A stretch of 64,000 nucleotides of DNA from assembly GCA_965223845.1 (NCBI GenBank), contig CBDCXR010000004.1:6688001-6752000 (forward strand), in the 5' to 3' direction. Each line of letters opens with the position of its first letter. Within the stretch, counting starts at the first letter, position 1. This DNA is from Planctomycetota bacterium (GTDB lineage Bacteria; Planctomycetota; UBA8108; SXIK01). The translations under genes and the position numbers were made by a program. The notes under the pieces were generated by a model. It did not search any database, was not told the origin of the DNA, and worked only from the letters and a program-made list of their open reading frames with translations. This document shows, in pieces, positions 29,437 to 38,322 of this stretch.

Positions 29437-31025
29437 CGAGCGCGCGAGCCCTCGCGATCGTGTTCGGGCTCGTCGCCCTCGACCTAGCGTCGACGGCGAC
29501 CGCGGGAGAGGACGACGCCGCATCGCGCCTCGTCCCACCGCGACTCTCGGTTGTCGCGCCGGCCGGCGTCACTCTCGACGAGGATCTAGCCGCCGCACTC
29601 CGTGCCGTTCGGATCGACGTCCGGTCGCTCGCGAGCGAGAGCTGGGCGAAGCTCGACCGGGGCGCGGTGGATGCGATCCTTCTTCCCGATGATCCCGCGG
29701 TCGATGACTACGCGGCTCGAGCGGCCGAGGCACTCGCCGCCCGCGGGACGCCCCTTGTCGTCGTGGGGCGCGCGGCGCGCGCGGCAGCGGACGATCCCGC
29801 TTATTCCCGCCGCATCGGTCGCGTCGGCATCCGGAGGCCCGCACCGCCGGGCGCGCTGGCGGTCGCGGTCGTCGATCAGCGCCATCCGGTGACGCAGTGC
29901 GTACCGCACCTCCTCCTCCCGGAGGCGCGAGTCGCGGTGGAGGCGGGTGGCGCCGTGCGCGTCGTTGCGCGGGCGATATCAGCGTCGCCCCTCGACCGCG
30001 GCGCAGCGTCCGAGGCCCCGGTTCGCGCTGCGATGGTCCCCGCGATGTGGACGGTCCGCACGGCGCGCGTCGCGGTGGGAGTCATCGCGATCGAACTTCC
30101 CCGCGTCGCTTCCACCGAGCGCGCTCGTGCGGACGAACCGAAAGAGTCGATCGAGAGCGAACCCGCGGTCCCGTCGGAGCGCGCCGATCTCTCGCGCCGC
30201 GATGCGGCCGCAGCCACCCGTGCGCTCGTCGCTGCGCTCACGGCTCGCTTCCTCGAGCTCGTCTGCGAGCGCTATCCGACCGCGCATCTTCCGGCGGATC
30301 TCCCCCTCGCCGCATGGCGACTCGGGCCGAACGACGTCGGAATCCTGCCCGGCGTTCCCGCGGCGCGCGGGTTCTACCGCGGCCGGCAAATCGCGCCCTA
30401 TATGACGTTTCACGGTGCGGACTGGCTCGAGCGCGCCGAACGAAGTCGAGAAGAGCGTCCGGACGAGGTCGTCCGTCGGCTGCGAATCGCCCCGGGGTCG
30501 GTGGTCGTCGATCTCGGCGCCGGGACCGGATACTTCTCTCGCCGACTCGCGCGCGCGGTCGGGCCGACCGGACGCGTTCTCGCCGTCGAGATTCAGCGCG
30601 AGATGCTCGAGCGACTCGTCGCCCGACTCGCCGCCGAGGGGATCACGAACGTCGAACCGATCCTCGCCACCGCGAAGGATCCTCGCCTCCCGGTCGACGC
30701 GATCGACCTCGTCCTTCTAGTCGACGTCTACCACGAACTCTCTGACCCCGCGCCCGTACTGGCCGGAGTGCGTCGCGCTCTCCGCCGCGGTGATGCGAAC
30801 CGCCCGCCGGGCCGTCTCGTTCTAGTCGAGTACCGCGGGGAGGATCCGTCGGTGGCGATCAAGCCGCTTCACCGCATGACGGAAGCGCAGGCGCGCGCCG
30901 AGCTCGAGGCGGTGGGGTATCGCTGGGTCGAGACGCTCGACTTCTTGCCGCTCCAGCACGTCCTTGTTTTCGAGCGAAGCGACGCAGCGGAAAGAGAGCG
31001 AAAAGGCGCCGATCGCGGCCGCTGA
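29427..31025 (+). CDS. Secreted protein with C-terminal class I SAM methyltransferase domain
   Basis: YRGRQIAPYM...GADWLER..R..EE.P, VVDLGAGTGYFS and LVDVYHE; ThuA-like hints in the N-half (VVDQRHPVT); start uncertain. Confidence 0.75.
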   Translation: MPVASARALAIVFGLVALDLASTATAGEDDAASRLVPPRLSVVAPAGVTLDEDLAAALRAVRIDVRSLASESWAKLDRGAVDAILLPDDPAVDDYAARAAEALAARGTPLVVVGRAARAAADDPAYSRRIGRVGIRRPAPPGALAVAVVDQRHPVTQCVPHLLLPEARVAVEAGGAVRVVARAISASPLDRGAASEAPVRAAMVPAMWTVRTARVAVGVIAIELPRVASTERARADEPKESIESEPAVPSERADLSRRDAAAATRALVAALTARFLELVCERYPTAHLPADLPLAAWRLGPNDVGILPGVPAARGFYRGRQIAPYMTFHGADWLERAERSREERPDEVVRRLRIAPGSVVVDLGAGTGYFSRRLARAVGPTGRVLAVEIQREMLERLVARLAAEGITNVEPILATAKDPRLPVDAIDLVLLVDVYHELSDPAPVLAGVRRALRRGDANRPPGRLVLVEYRGEDPSVAIKPLHRMTEAQARAELEAVGYRWVETLDFLPLQHVLVFERSDAAERERKGADRGR

Positions 31026-31171
31026 TCTCTCCGCCGCCATGGTGAGGCGTCCTCGCCCTTCCGGACGGCGGTCGGATCTGGCTTTCGGAATCGGCCACGG
31101 CCGGCAATCGCCGGCGCACGCCGGAACCGAGCGCCGTGAGATAACCGGGACCGGAGCGTTTCTGAGCGCGG

Positions 31172-32197
31172 CTACAAGTACTTCTCGAAGAAGCGGATGA
31201 TCTCCTCTCGACCTTCCGCGGTCTCCTCGTGGCCGACGTCGTAGCGGAGGAGACGCCAGTGTTCGGGCACGCCCGCGCGCGAATAGGTGGCACGCAGGTG
31301 GGAGTCGATGATGTCGAGTCCTTCGACGGGGGTGAGCTTGTCCTTCAGTCCGGCGAGTGCGAGATGCGGGCGCGGGCAGATCAGCTCGTTGATTTCGGCC
31401 GTCGTGAAGTGCTTGAGGAGACTCGGGACGTAGTAGTAGATGCCGTGGTAGCGGAGTCCGCGCTTTTTGAGGAGGGTGTGAAACTCGGTGAGGCAGCAGA
31501 TGTCCACGGTCGCGCGAATGCGCTTGTCGAGGGCGGCGAGCCACCACGCCATCGTGCTTCCCATCGAGATTCCGAGCGTCCCGATGCGGTCGGCCGCCAC
31601 ATCCGGACGCGAGCTTACGTAATCGACGGCGCGGAGACTGTCGTACACCATCATTCCCCAGAGGACGCGACCTTCCCACAGCATCGCCTTGAACGTATCC
31701 GATTCCGAGGTGTGACTCCGCTCGCCGAAGACCCAGTGGTCGATGGCGAGTCCGGCCCAGCCGTTCTCCGTGAGTGCGCGCGCGTAGGGCACGTCGTGGA
31801 GGTAGGAGCGGCCGTCGACGAATTCGCGTTTCCCAATCTTGTAGCCGCCACCGTGAGAGTGGTTGAAGACGATCGTCGGGAGTCGTCCGTTCGCGTTCTT
31901 CGGTCGCGCGAAGTACGCGGGGACGGGCTCGATGCCGTTGAGATCGAGCTCCAGGGTCTCGAGCACGTAGCCGTCGCGGTCTTCCTCCCCGAGTTTCCGC
32001 GACGTGATCGGACGGTCGCGCTCAGGGAGGTCGCCGAGAAGCCGGTAGAGCTCTATGCGCCGCGCGTCCACCGATACCGCGTCGTGTTCGGGGGGCCTCG
32101 GCGCGTTGGGTTTTGCGTCGTCGTTTCCGTTCACTGCGCCTCCGACGGTGAGCGAGCCGAGTAGGGCGAGAGTTTCGCGTCGAGTGAGCGAAGGCAT
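31172..32197 (-). CDS. Tat-exported alpha/beta hydrolase (dienelactone hydrolase/esterase-like)
   Basis: LTRRETL twin-arginine signal, nucleophile GISMG, catalytic D (KDKLTP) and H (VGHEET). Confidence 0.88.
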   Translation of the reverse strand: MPSLTRRETLALLGSLTVGGAVNGNDDAKPNAPRPPEHDAVSVDARRIELYRLLGDLPERDRPITSRKLGEEDRDGYVLETLELDLNGIEPVPAYFARPKNANGRLPTIVFNHSHGGGYKIGKREFVDGRSYLHDVPYARALTENGWAGLAIDHWVFGERSHTSESDTFKAMLWEGRVLWGMMVYDSLRAVDYVSSRPDVAADRIGTLGISMGSTMAWWLAALDKRIRATVDICCLTEFHTLLKKRGLRYHGIYYYVPSLLKHFTTAEINELICPRPHLALAGLKDKLTPVEGLDIIDSHLRATYSRAGVPEHWRLLRYDVGHEETAEGREEIIRFFEKYL

Positions 32198-32240
32198 TCC
32201 GGATCTCCTTGCGTAGCGGCGAGAAGAACGAACCGTGGTC

Positions 32241-33560
32241 TCACCGGCCGGCTGAACGAGCTTCGACGCCGGTACGCCTCTCTTTTCGTTCGTCCGCGCG
32301 CGGCGCCGCTTCCGGTGCCCGGGCGTTCGTTGCCGAGCTCCACCGGCCGATCGATGAACTAGGAACGAACGAACCGGCTTGGGCGCGCGCTGTCGTCGCG
32401 GCGAATTCTTCGTAGCGATGCCGCTCGGGTGGCCGAAGCCGGGCCCGCTCAAACCGGCGCGAGTAGTTTTCCGCGAAGGAATACTCGAGCTCTGCATTCG
32501 TCGGAGGGCGAGTATCGAACACGCGCTTCCACACATCCGGAGGTTCCATGCACAAGTAGACGACCGGGCCGCGGTCGCCTGCGGTGCCGACCTTCGCGCG
32601 AATCGCGGCGGCGACGTGCCGGTACATCTCGATCCGCGTCGGTCGGAGATAGTGGAGCTTTCCGTCGGCGGCGGGAACGAGCTCGCCGGTGCGGAGATCG
32701 GAGCGGGGAAAGCGCTCGGCCATCGTGTGCTTCATTTCGGGCGGGAAGCGAAGCGAGCCGAGGCTGATCCACGCGATGCGGTTGAGCGAGACCGCACCGA
32801 AGATCGCGTCAATGAGCTCCGAGTAGCCGCTACGCCACTCGCGGTAGCGAACCATCGGATCGAGATGGAACCCGACCGGATACCCGTGCTCCGCGACCCG
32901 GCTTGCGGCGCGGAGACGCGCGGAGAGACTCGCCGTCTTCAACTCGTCGCGCTCGACCACCGCGACCGGATTCACCGACCAGGAAACGACGGTGCGCTCA
33001 CCAGCATCGAGCTCGAGGAGGCGGTCGATGTTATCCGTCTTCGTCTTCAGCTCGAGCACGGCGTTCGGGAGCTCCCGGAAGAAGGGCACCATGTGCGTGG
33101 TCGACTCGGTGAGCGGATCGAGGAGGAGGCTGTCGGAAAGCTCGCCCGTCCCGATGCGAAAGAGCCGCTCGGGAGCTTCGCTCGTCCGCGCGTGGATCTC
33201 GTCCGCGAGAGCATCGATGTTGCCGAACACCGTGATGTGGGGACTCGTCATGTAGAACTGGAGAATGCAGTACGTGCACTCCATCGAGCAGTTGTTCGCC
33301 TCGGCGACCGTGTGGAGATTGCAGCACGCGTAGTTCGTCTTCCAGCCCTGGCAGAGCTTCACGCTGCGTCCGAGGAATCGGCGGACGAGGAGGAGGCGCT
33401 TTCCCGCGGTGAGGCTCAGGTGGCGAGTGCCGTCCGCGAGTTCCCGCGTCGGCTCGAACGTGACCTCGATCGAGCCTGAGTTGCGAAGGATCGCGCGGCT
33501 GATCGGCGAGTCGGCGACCTCGGGGTCGATCACGATGCGGGCGAAGGTGGGGGCGATCAT
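32241..33560 (-). CDS. Spore photoproduct lyase-like radical SAM protein
   Basis: [35 protein letters not shown] and ISLGSLRF. Confidence 0.85.
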   Translation of the reverse strand: MIAPTFARIVIDPEVADSPISRAILRNSGSIEVTFEPTRELADGTRHLSLTAGKRLLLVRRFLGRSVKLCQGWKTNYACCNLHTVAEANNCSMECTYCILQFYMTSPHITVFGNIDALADEIHARTSEAPERLFRIGTGELSDSLLLDPLTESTTHMVPFFRELPNAVLELKTKTDNIDRLLELDAGERTVVSWSVNPVAVVERDELKTASLSARLRAASRVAEHGYPVGFHLDPMVRYREWRSGYSELIDAIFGAVSLNRIAWISLGSLRFPPEMKHTMAERFPRSDLRTGELVPAADGKLHYLRPTRIEMYRHVAAAIRAKVGTAGDRGPVVYLCMEPPDVWKRVFDTRPPTNAELEYSFAENYSRRFERARLRPPERHRYEEFAATTARAQAGSFVPSSSIGRWSSATNARAPEAAPRADERKERRTGVEARSAGR

Positions 33561-33689
33561 AGAGAGGCGAGTCTACCGGATGCCCGACGGCGCTGGGCAG
33601 GTCGATCCGCTGGAGGAAGGCAGATGTTTCCGCCGGGAGACGAGCCGAAGGCGAGCCCGGCGGGGCGAACCTTCGCGACGCCCCGGGGG

Positions 33690-33735
33690 AAAAAACTAGG
33701 CTCAGAGCGAGCGCAACGCGCCGGTTCTGAGCCTA
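33690..33735 (-). terminator. Intrinsic terminator
   Basis: Perfect 10-bp stem TAGGCTCAGA/TCTGAGCCTA followed on the minus strand by GTTTTTT. Confidence 0.8.
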
Positions 33736-34590
33736 ACGATCCGGTTTCCGCTCTCCACTCTCCTCAAAGGACGTTCCGCAGCGTCGCTTCTCTCAGAGAG
33801 TTGCGATCGAACTCTCCGCGCTGAAAGCGACTTTGGCGGGCGAACGCTTCGTCGAGTCCAGGGCTCGACTCAGTCCACCCGGTGTCGTCCACCCGGTCTC
33901 GCCTCGACGAACGTCGCGGCCAGACGATTCGACTCCTCTCCTTGTCTGTTCGAGTTCGTCAGCTCAGGTCCGCGCTCGCGACTGAAGCGCGTTCGTCTGG
34001 GTCCATGCCGGCGATCTGAGCGCGGCGCGTTCGGGCTCACCTCCGAGTTCGTCAACCGGAAGACAGACTCGGATCGTCGATCGCTGGCTTTACGTGCGCA
34101 CCCCATTGCTGTCTGAACTCGACCCCGATGTTCTCAGTATTCCGCTCGCGGCCTTGGCGACGACGGGTGTTCACCCGCTTGTGTTCGCGCGCCGCTCAAA
34201 CGACTCGCGTTCGATGCGGATCGCATTCGACGCACGCCGTCACACGGACGGATACGCCGGGAACCAACCGTCCGGCAGGGGCGTGAAGGCTTGCGCGCGG
34301 AGGCCAAGCCTTCACGCCTGCCGCCACCACCACGTACGAAGAGCTTCGGGATCGATGATCGGATTTAGTCGCCGTCCTCGCGCGGCAATTCGTTTCCGCC
34401 CGGGCGCATACACGCGCGCCGATTCGCCGGTGGCGTTCGTCGCGAACTTCTACGCGCAGTACCGAGAGAAGTGAGAAACGAACTGAGGTCCCGCTCCACC
34501 ACGGGCATGAGAGTTCGGTGAAGGGACCCTGCTGAGCGAGGAATAGCTGTCGAAAGCCAGCGCTGTCAGCGAACAGCGCACGAACGACGG
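33690..34590 (-). ncRNA. Candidate large structured noncoding RNA (~900 nt), family not recognised
   Basis: No credible ORF; bounded by a promoter and a terminator; many local hairpins and nested long-range helices. Confidence 0.6.
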
Positions 34591-34595
34591 GCGGA

Positions 34596-34625
34596 TTTAT
34601 ACTCGACCGGTGATGTCGACGTCAA
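34596..34625 (-). promoter_or_regulatory. Sigma70-like promoter
   Basis: Minus strand TTGACG (34625-34620), 18 nt spacer, TATAAA (34601-34596). Confidence 0.7.
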
Positions 34626-34713
34626 CGCGAAAAGAAAAGCTGAATCGAGCCTTTACATCGCGCGCGCGTTCTGGTTTTGCGCGGGGTCTGCAGAGCTCCG
34701 TCGATCGCGCGAC

Positions 34714-35739
34714 TCACTGTTCGCTACTCCAATTGCAGAGGCGTGCGCGGAGCTCGTCGAGCGATACGTGATGCGTGCCGATGTTGCTCACGGCAATCGC
34801 CGCGCTTTCGCTTGCTACGCGCGCGATGGTGTGAAGGCTCCAGCCCGCGGCGTTTCCGAGCGCGGCGACGGAGCTCACTGCATCGCCCGCGCCCGTCACG
34901 TCGCTCACGCTAGTCGCAGCGGATGGGATGTTCGACACGTCGCCGTCGCGACTGAAGATCGCCATCCCTTCTGCACCGAGAGTGAGAAGCACCTGCGCGT
35001 GACCGCCACGCTGTTTGAGCTCGCGCCCGAGGCGTTCGGTGTCGTCGAGGTCGCCACCCACGGCGCCGTGCGCTTCGCGGTCGTTCGGGATCACGAGGTC
35101 GAAGGATCGAAAGAGCGCGACGCGTTCGCGCGAGCTGCCGTGAAGGAGCGCGCCTGAGGACTGCGCTATGCTCGGCAGCTCGGCGAGGAGTCGACGAGTC
35201 ACGAGGTGATCGATCTGGTCGAGAACGACGACGACATCCTTTCCGTTCGACTCGCGGCGAACGGCGTCGATCACGCGGTCCTCGAGGGTCGCGTCGAGCG
35301 GCGCGTCGGGAAGGACGTCCATCCTCAGGATCTCTTGCGACGGCGAGTTGTCGACGCGTGACCGGAGCTTCGTGTAGGTGAACGTGCGCTGAGCAGAGTT
35401 CGTGAGCACGCCGCTCGTCCCGATGCCTTTCGCTTCGAGTTGGGCGCGCAGAACGCGGGCCGCGTCGTCGTCACCGGTGATCGCGACGAGCGATACCTCC
35501 GCGCCGAGATTTCGAATCGAACTCGCGAGATTACCCGACGCCCCCGCCCACTGTTTCTTCTCGCCGAGGCGCACGACGGGAATCGGCCCTTCCTTCGACA
35601 CCTCGTACATCTCGCTCTCTTGGTACTCGTCTAGGAAGAGATCTCCGACGACGAGGATCTTCAGTCCCTTGAACTCGTCGAGCGAGGCGAGGACGTCAGC
35701 CGGCACGGACGGGGATGGCGTGTCAGATGGGGTCGGCAT
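34714..35739 (-). CDS. PfkB-family sugar kinase (RfaE/HldE kinase-domain-like)
   Basis: ILVVGDLFLDEY, PNDREA, LTLGAEGM and DVTGAGD. Confidence 0.85.
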   Translation of the reverse strand: MPTPSDTPSPSVPADVLASLDEFKGLKILVVGDLFLDEYQESEMYEVSKEGPIPVVRLGEKKQWAGASGNLASSIRNLGAEVSLVAITGDDDAARVLRAQLEAKGIGTSGVLTNSAQRTFTYTKLRSRVDNSPSQEILRMDVLPDAPLDATLEDRVIDAVRRESNGKDVVVVLDQIDHLVTRRLLAELPSIAQSSGALLHGSSRERVALFRSFDLVIPNDREAHGAVGGDLDDTERLGRELKQRGGHAQVLLTLGAEGMAIFSRDGDVSNIPSAATSVSDVTGAGDAVSSVAALGNAAGWSLHTIARVASESAAIAVSNIGTHHVSLDELRARLCNWSSEQ

Positions 35740-36652
35740 CTTGGTAGTCGCGCGGAGAAACTCCACGCTCGCTTTTCTGCTTGAGCGCGAGAAGAACGGA
35801 GGCCCAGTACACGGCGCGGGGAGCGCGCCGAGCGTCGGGTGACCAGGGGCCGTGGTCGGTGAGCTCGACTCGCGTTGCGAGCTCCGTTTCAGCGATGCGC
35901 CATGAAATCTCCGCTCGCTCCTCCGGCGACCAGTACCAGTCGTGCGAGAGCTCTCCGCCTTCGCCGATCTCGATCCACGCGCGCGGACCGGGTGCGATGC
36001 CGAGTGAAAACTCGCCCCCGGTCTCGAGGTTCACCGCGACGTCGCGGCCCCACCAACTCGCGAGCTCCTGCGGGTCGGTGAGCTTCGACCAGATCACCCA
36101 CGGAAACGTCGTGACGTCGACGGCGAGCGAGAGCGGCGGTGCTCCTCGATCGATCGCACCGTAGTCGAGCCGCAGCGACGCCGAACCCGTTTCGACGTAC
36201 CCGCGGAGCGAAGGGAGGCCGACCGACCACCAATCCGGCGCGCCCGCCGGCCACTCCGCCGGTGCCCGATCTGCCGTTTGGACGACCGTCAGCTCGGTCT
36301 CCTCGAGGAAGTTCGCGAGCTCGTAGAGAACGATCGTCTCCACTCCGCCCACCGCCCAGCGATACCGGAGACGAGATCCGGGAGTGAGCTCGACGATTTC
36401 GCCGCGGGAACTCGCGGCCGCATCCGCGGCGGCTGAGGAAGCGCGGTCGATCGGTGTCGCCCCTTCGCAGTGGTAGGCGCCGCCGGGTTCGAGGTTTACG
36501 TCCGCCGAGTCACACCACCACTCGGTCAGCTCGTGCGCGTTCGTCAGCGCCCGCCAAACTCGCTCGGGCGGCGCGGCGATGCGCTCTCGGCGACGTACGG
36601 ACCACGGCGCACGCGGAGGACGAAAATCACTGAGGGGAACGAATCGAGTCAC
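35723..36652 (-). CDS. Tandem SRPBCC (AHSA1-like) domain protein
   Basis: IAAPPERVWRALT..ELTEWW and VIWSKLTDPQELASWW; start uncertain. Confidence 0.8.
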   Translation of the reverse strand: MTRFVPLSDFRPPRAPWSVRRRERIAAPPERVWRALTNAHELTEWWCDSADVNLEPGGAYHCEGATPIDRASSAAADAAASSRGEIVELTPGSRLRYRWAVGGVETIVLYELANFLEETELTVVQTADRAPAEWPAGAPDWWSVGLPSLRGYVETGSASLRLDYGAIDRGAPPLSLAVDVTTFPWVIWSKLTDPQELASWWGRDVAVNLETGGEFSLGIAPGPRAWIEIGEGGELSHDWYWSPEERAEISWRIAETELATRVELTDHGPWSPDARRAPRAVYWASVLLALKQKSERGVSPRDYQDADPI

Positions 36653-37143
36653 GGCATGAAGTCGGCGAGAGGAGCGGGGCGGGGCGAGACTGGGCCGCGC
36701 TGCACCCACTATAGCGCGCGCGGCGCCGTCGATACGACTCTCCGAAGCCGCTGGATGCTGCGGGAAGATCGTGGTAGTCGTGGAGTCGACTCCCGGTGGA
36801 AACGGTGGTTCCCGCTCCCGCGTGCGCGTCGCCTCCAAGGCCGCCGCGATCGCCGATCCGAATCTGAACCGGCTCGGCGATTCGCGCTTGCCTCGGGTCG
36901 GGCGCGCAAAGCGGAAGGATTCGACTTGCGGCGCCGCCGAAGACCGCCGACAACGAGAGTCGAGGCAGTGAGTGGAAAGGTCTCAAGCGGAAGGGTACGG
37001 GGGAGTGTGGGGCGTAACTCTCGGCGCGTGCCGTGAGTCGCGCCGCCGACAGGGTGGACGAGCCGAGGAGAGCGGCAGCGAGCGTGCGAGCGCTGCATCC
37101 TCTCGCGTGCTCAGTTTGATCCGGTGACGATGGGAGGAGAGTC

Positions 37144-38118
37144 ATGGGTCCATCCACTGCACGCGTCGAGTGTCGCGAGGCGACCGGATTTCGGGAAGTG
37201 ACTCTGCGCAATCGTCACTTCCAGCTGACCGTGCTCCCCGAGGTCGGGTGTCACTGGTGGCAGCTCTCGCTCTCCGCGGCGGGTGAGTGGCACGAGCTTC
37301 TTCTGCCGACGCCCGTGCAGGCGCTGACGACGGGACGCGGTCTCCGGGGTTCGTACGTTCTCGCGCCGTGGTCGAATCGCGTCGTCGACGGGCGGTTCGA
37401 GTACGCCGGCGAGACGTACACGCTCCGTCCGAACTACCCCGATGGCACGAGCATCCACGGCGACGTTCGTCTCCGTCCCTGGCAAGTCGAGGTCGAGGAC
37501 GACCAACTCTTCGAAGCCACGCTCGCGACGGCGGAAGCAGAAGAGTTCAACTTCCCCTTCGCGCTCGGGTTTCGCCAACGCTTTCGCCTCGCGGGAGAGC
37601 GTCTATCGGTCGAGTTCGAGATCGAGAATCGGGATCGCCGACGCGCGCCGGTGGGAGTGGGATACCACCCGTACTTCCGGCGGCGACTGACGAGTCGCGA
37701 TCGCGACCTCTACGTGCGCGTTCCCGCCGGAGCGATGTATCCACTCGAAGACTGCGTTCCGACCGGGCCCGCGGTCCGGGTCGACGCCGCGCGCGATCTG
37801 CAGGTCCTCGGTCCGCTCGGCGATCGAGAGCTGAACGATTGCTTGACCGAGCTCTCCGAGCGGGAGTTTCGCTTGATCTATCCTGGGACCGGGGTGGAAG
37901 TGCGGCTCACCGCGAGCGAGGAATTCGGTCACGTCGTCGTGTACTCACCGCGCGGGGACAAGGGCGAGCCGAGCGAGTTTCTCGCCGTGGAGCCGGTGAG
38001 TCACGTGACCGATGGCTTCAACCGACTCGCGCGCGGCGACGAGATGACGGGCGTGCAAGAGCTCGATCCGGGTGAGGTGTGGCGCACCGAGTGGAGTCTC
38101 ACGGTCGGCGATATCTGA
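37144..38118 (+). CDS. Aldose 1-epimerase family protein
   Basis: LAPWSNRV.DGRF, SIHGD, GYHPYF and LAVEP. Confidence 0.9.
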   Translation: MGPSTARVECREATGFREVTLRNRHFQLTVLPEVGCHWWQLSLSAAGEWHELLLPTPVQALTTGRGLRGSYVLAPWSNRVVDGRFEYAGETYTLRPNYPDGTSIHGDVRLRPWQVEVEDDQLFEATLATAEAEEFNFPFALGFRQRFRLAGERLSVEFEIENRDRRRAPVGVGYHPYFRRRLTSRDRDLYVRVPAGAMYPLEDCVPTGPAVRVDAARDLQVLGPLGDRELNDCLTELSEREFRLIYPGTGVEVRLTASEEFGHVVVYSPRGDKGEPSEFLAVEPVSHVTDGFNRLARGDEMTGVQELDPGEVWRTEWSLTVGDI

Positions 38119-38322
38119 GCGTGAGCTCGCGGCGGCGGTGCGTGTATCGCTCGCCGTGCGTTGACGGTCACGGAAGTTTCGCGCTCGGGCGAATCGAGCG
38201 TGCCGGAAAACCGCGCCTCTGCGTGGAAACGGGAGAAGCGGTTCTCGACTCGCACGCAAAGACAAGAGGCGCGGCGAGACTGAGGTCTCACCGCGCCTCT
38301 CGTCGAGTCGAAACGAGAAGAC

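Noticed and set aside
34094-34474. 126-aa plus-strand ORF inside the candidate ncRNA
   Set aside because: No RBS, weak codon bias, no motifs; opposite to the promoter/terminator orientation.
33690-34590. Group II intron, tmRNA or RNase P identity for the structured region (GTGCG occurs near the 5' end)
   Set aside because: No recognisable domain V, tRNA-like ends or RNase P P4 consensus; no interrupted gene or RT ORF.
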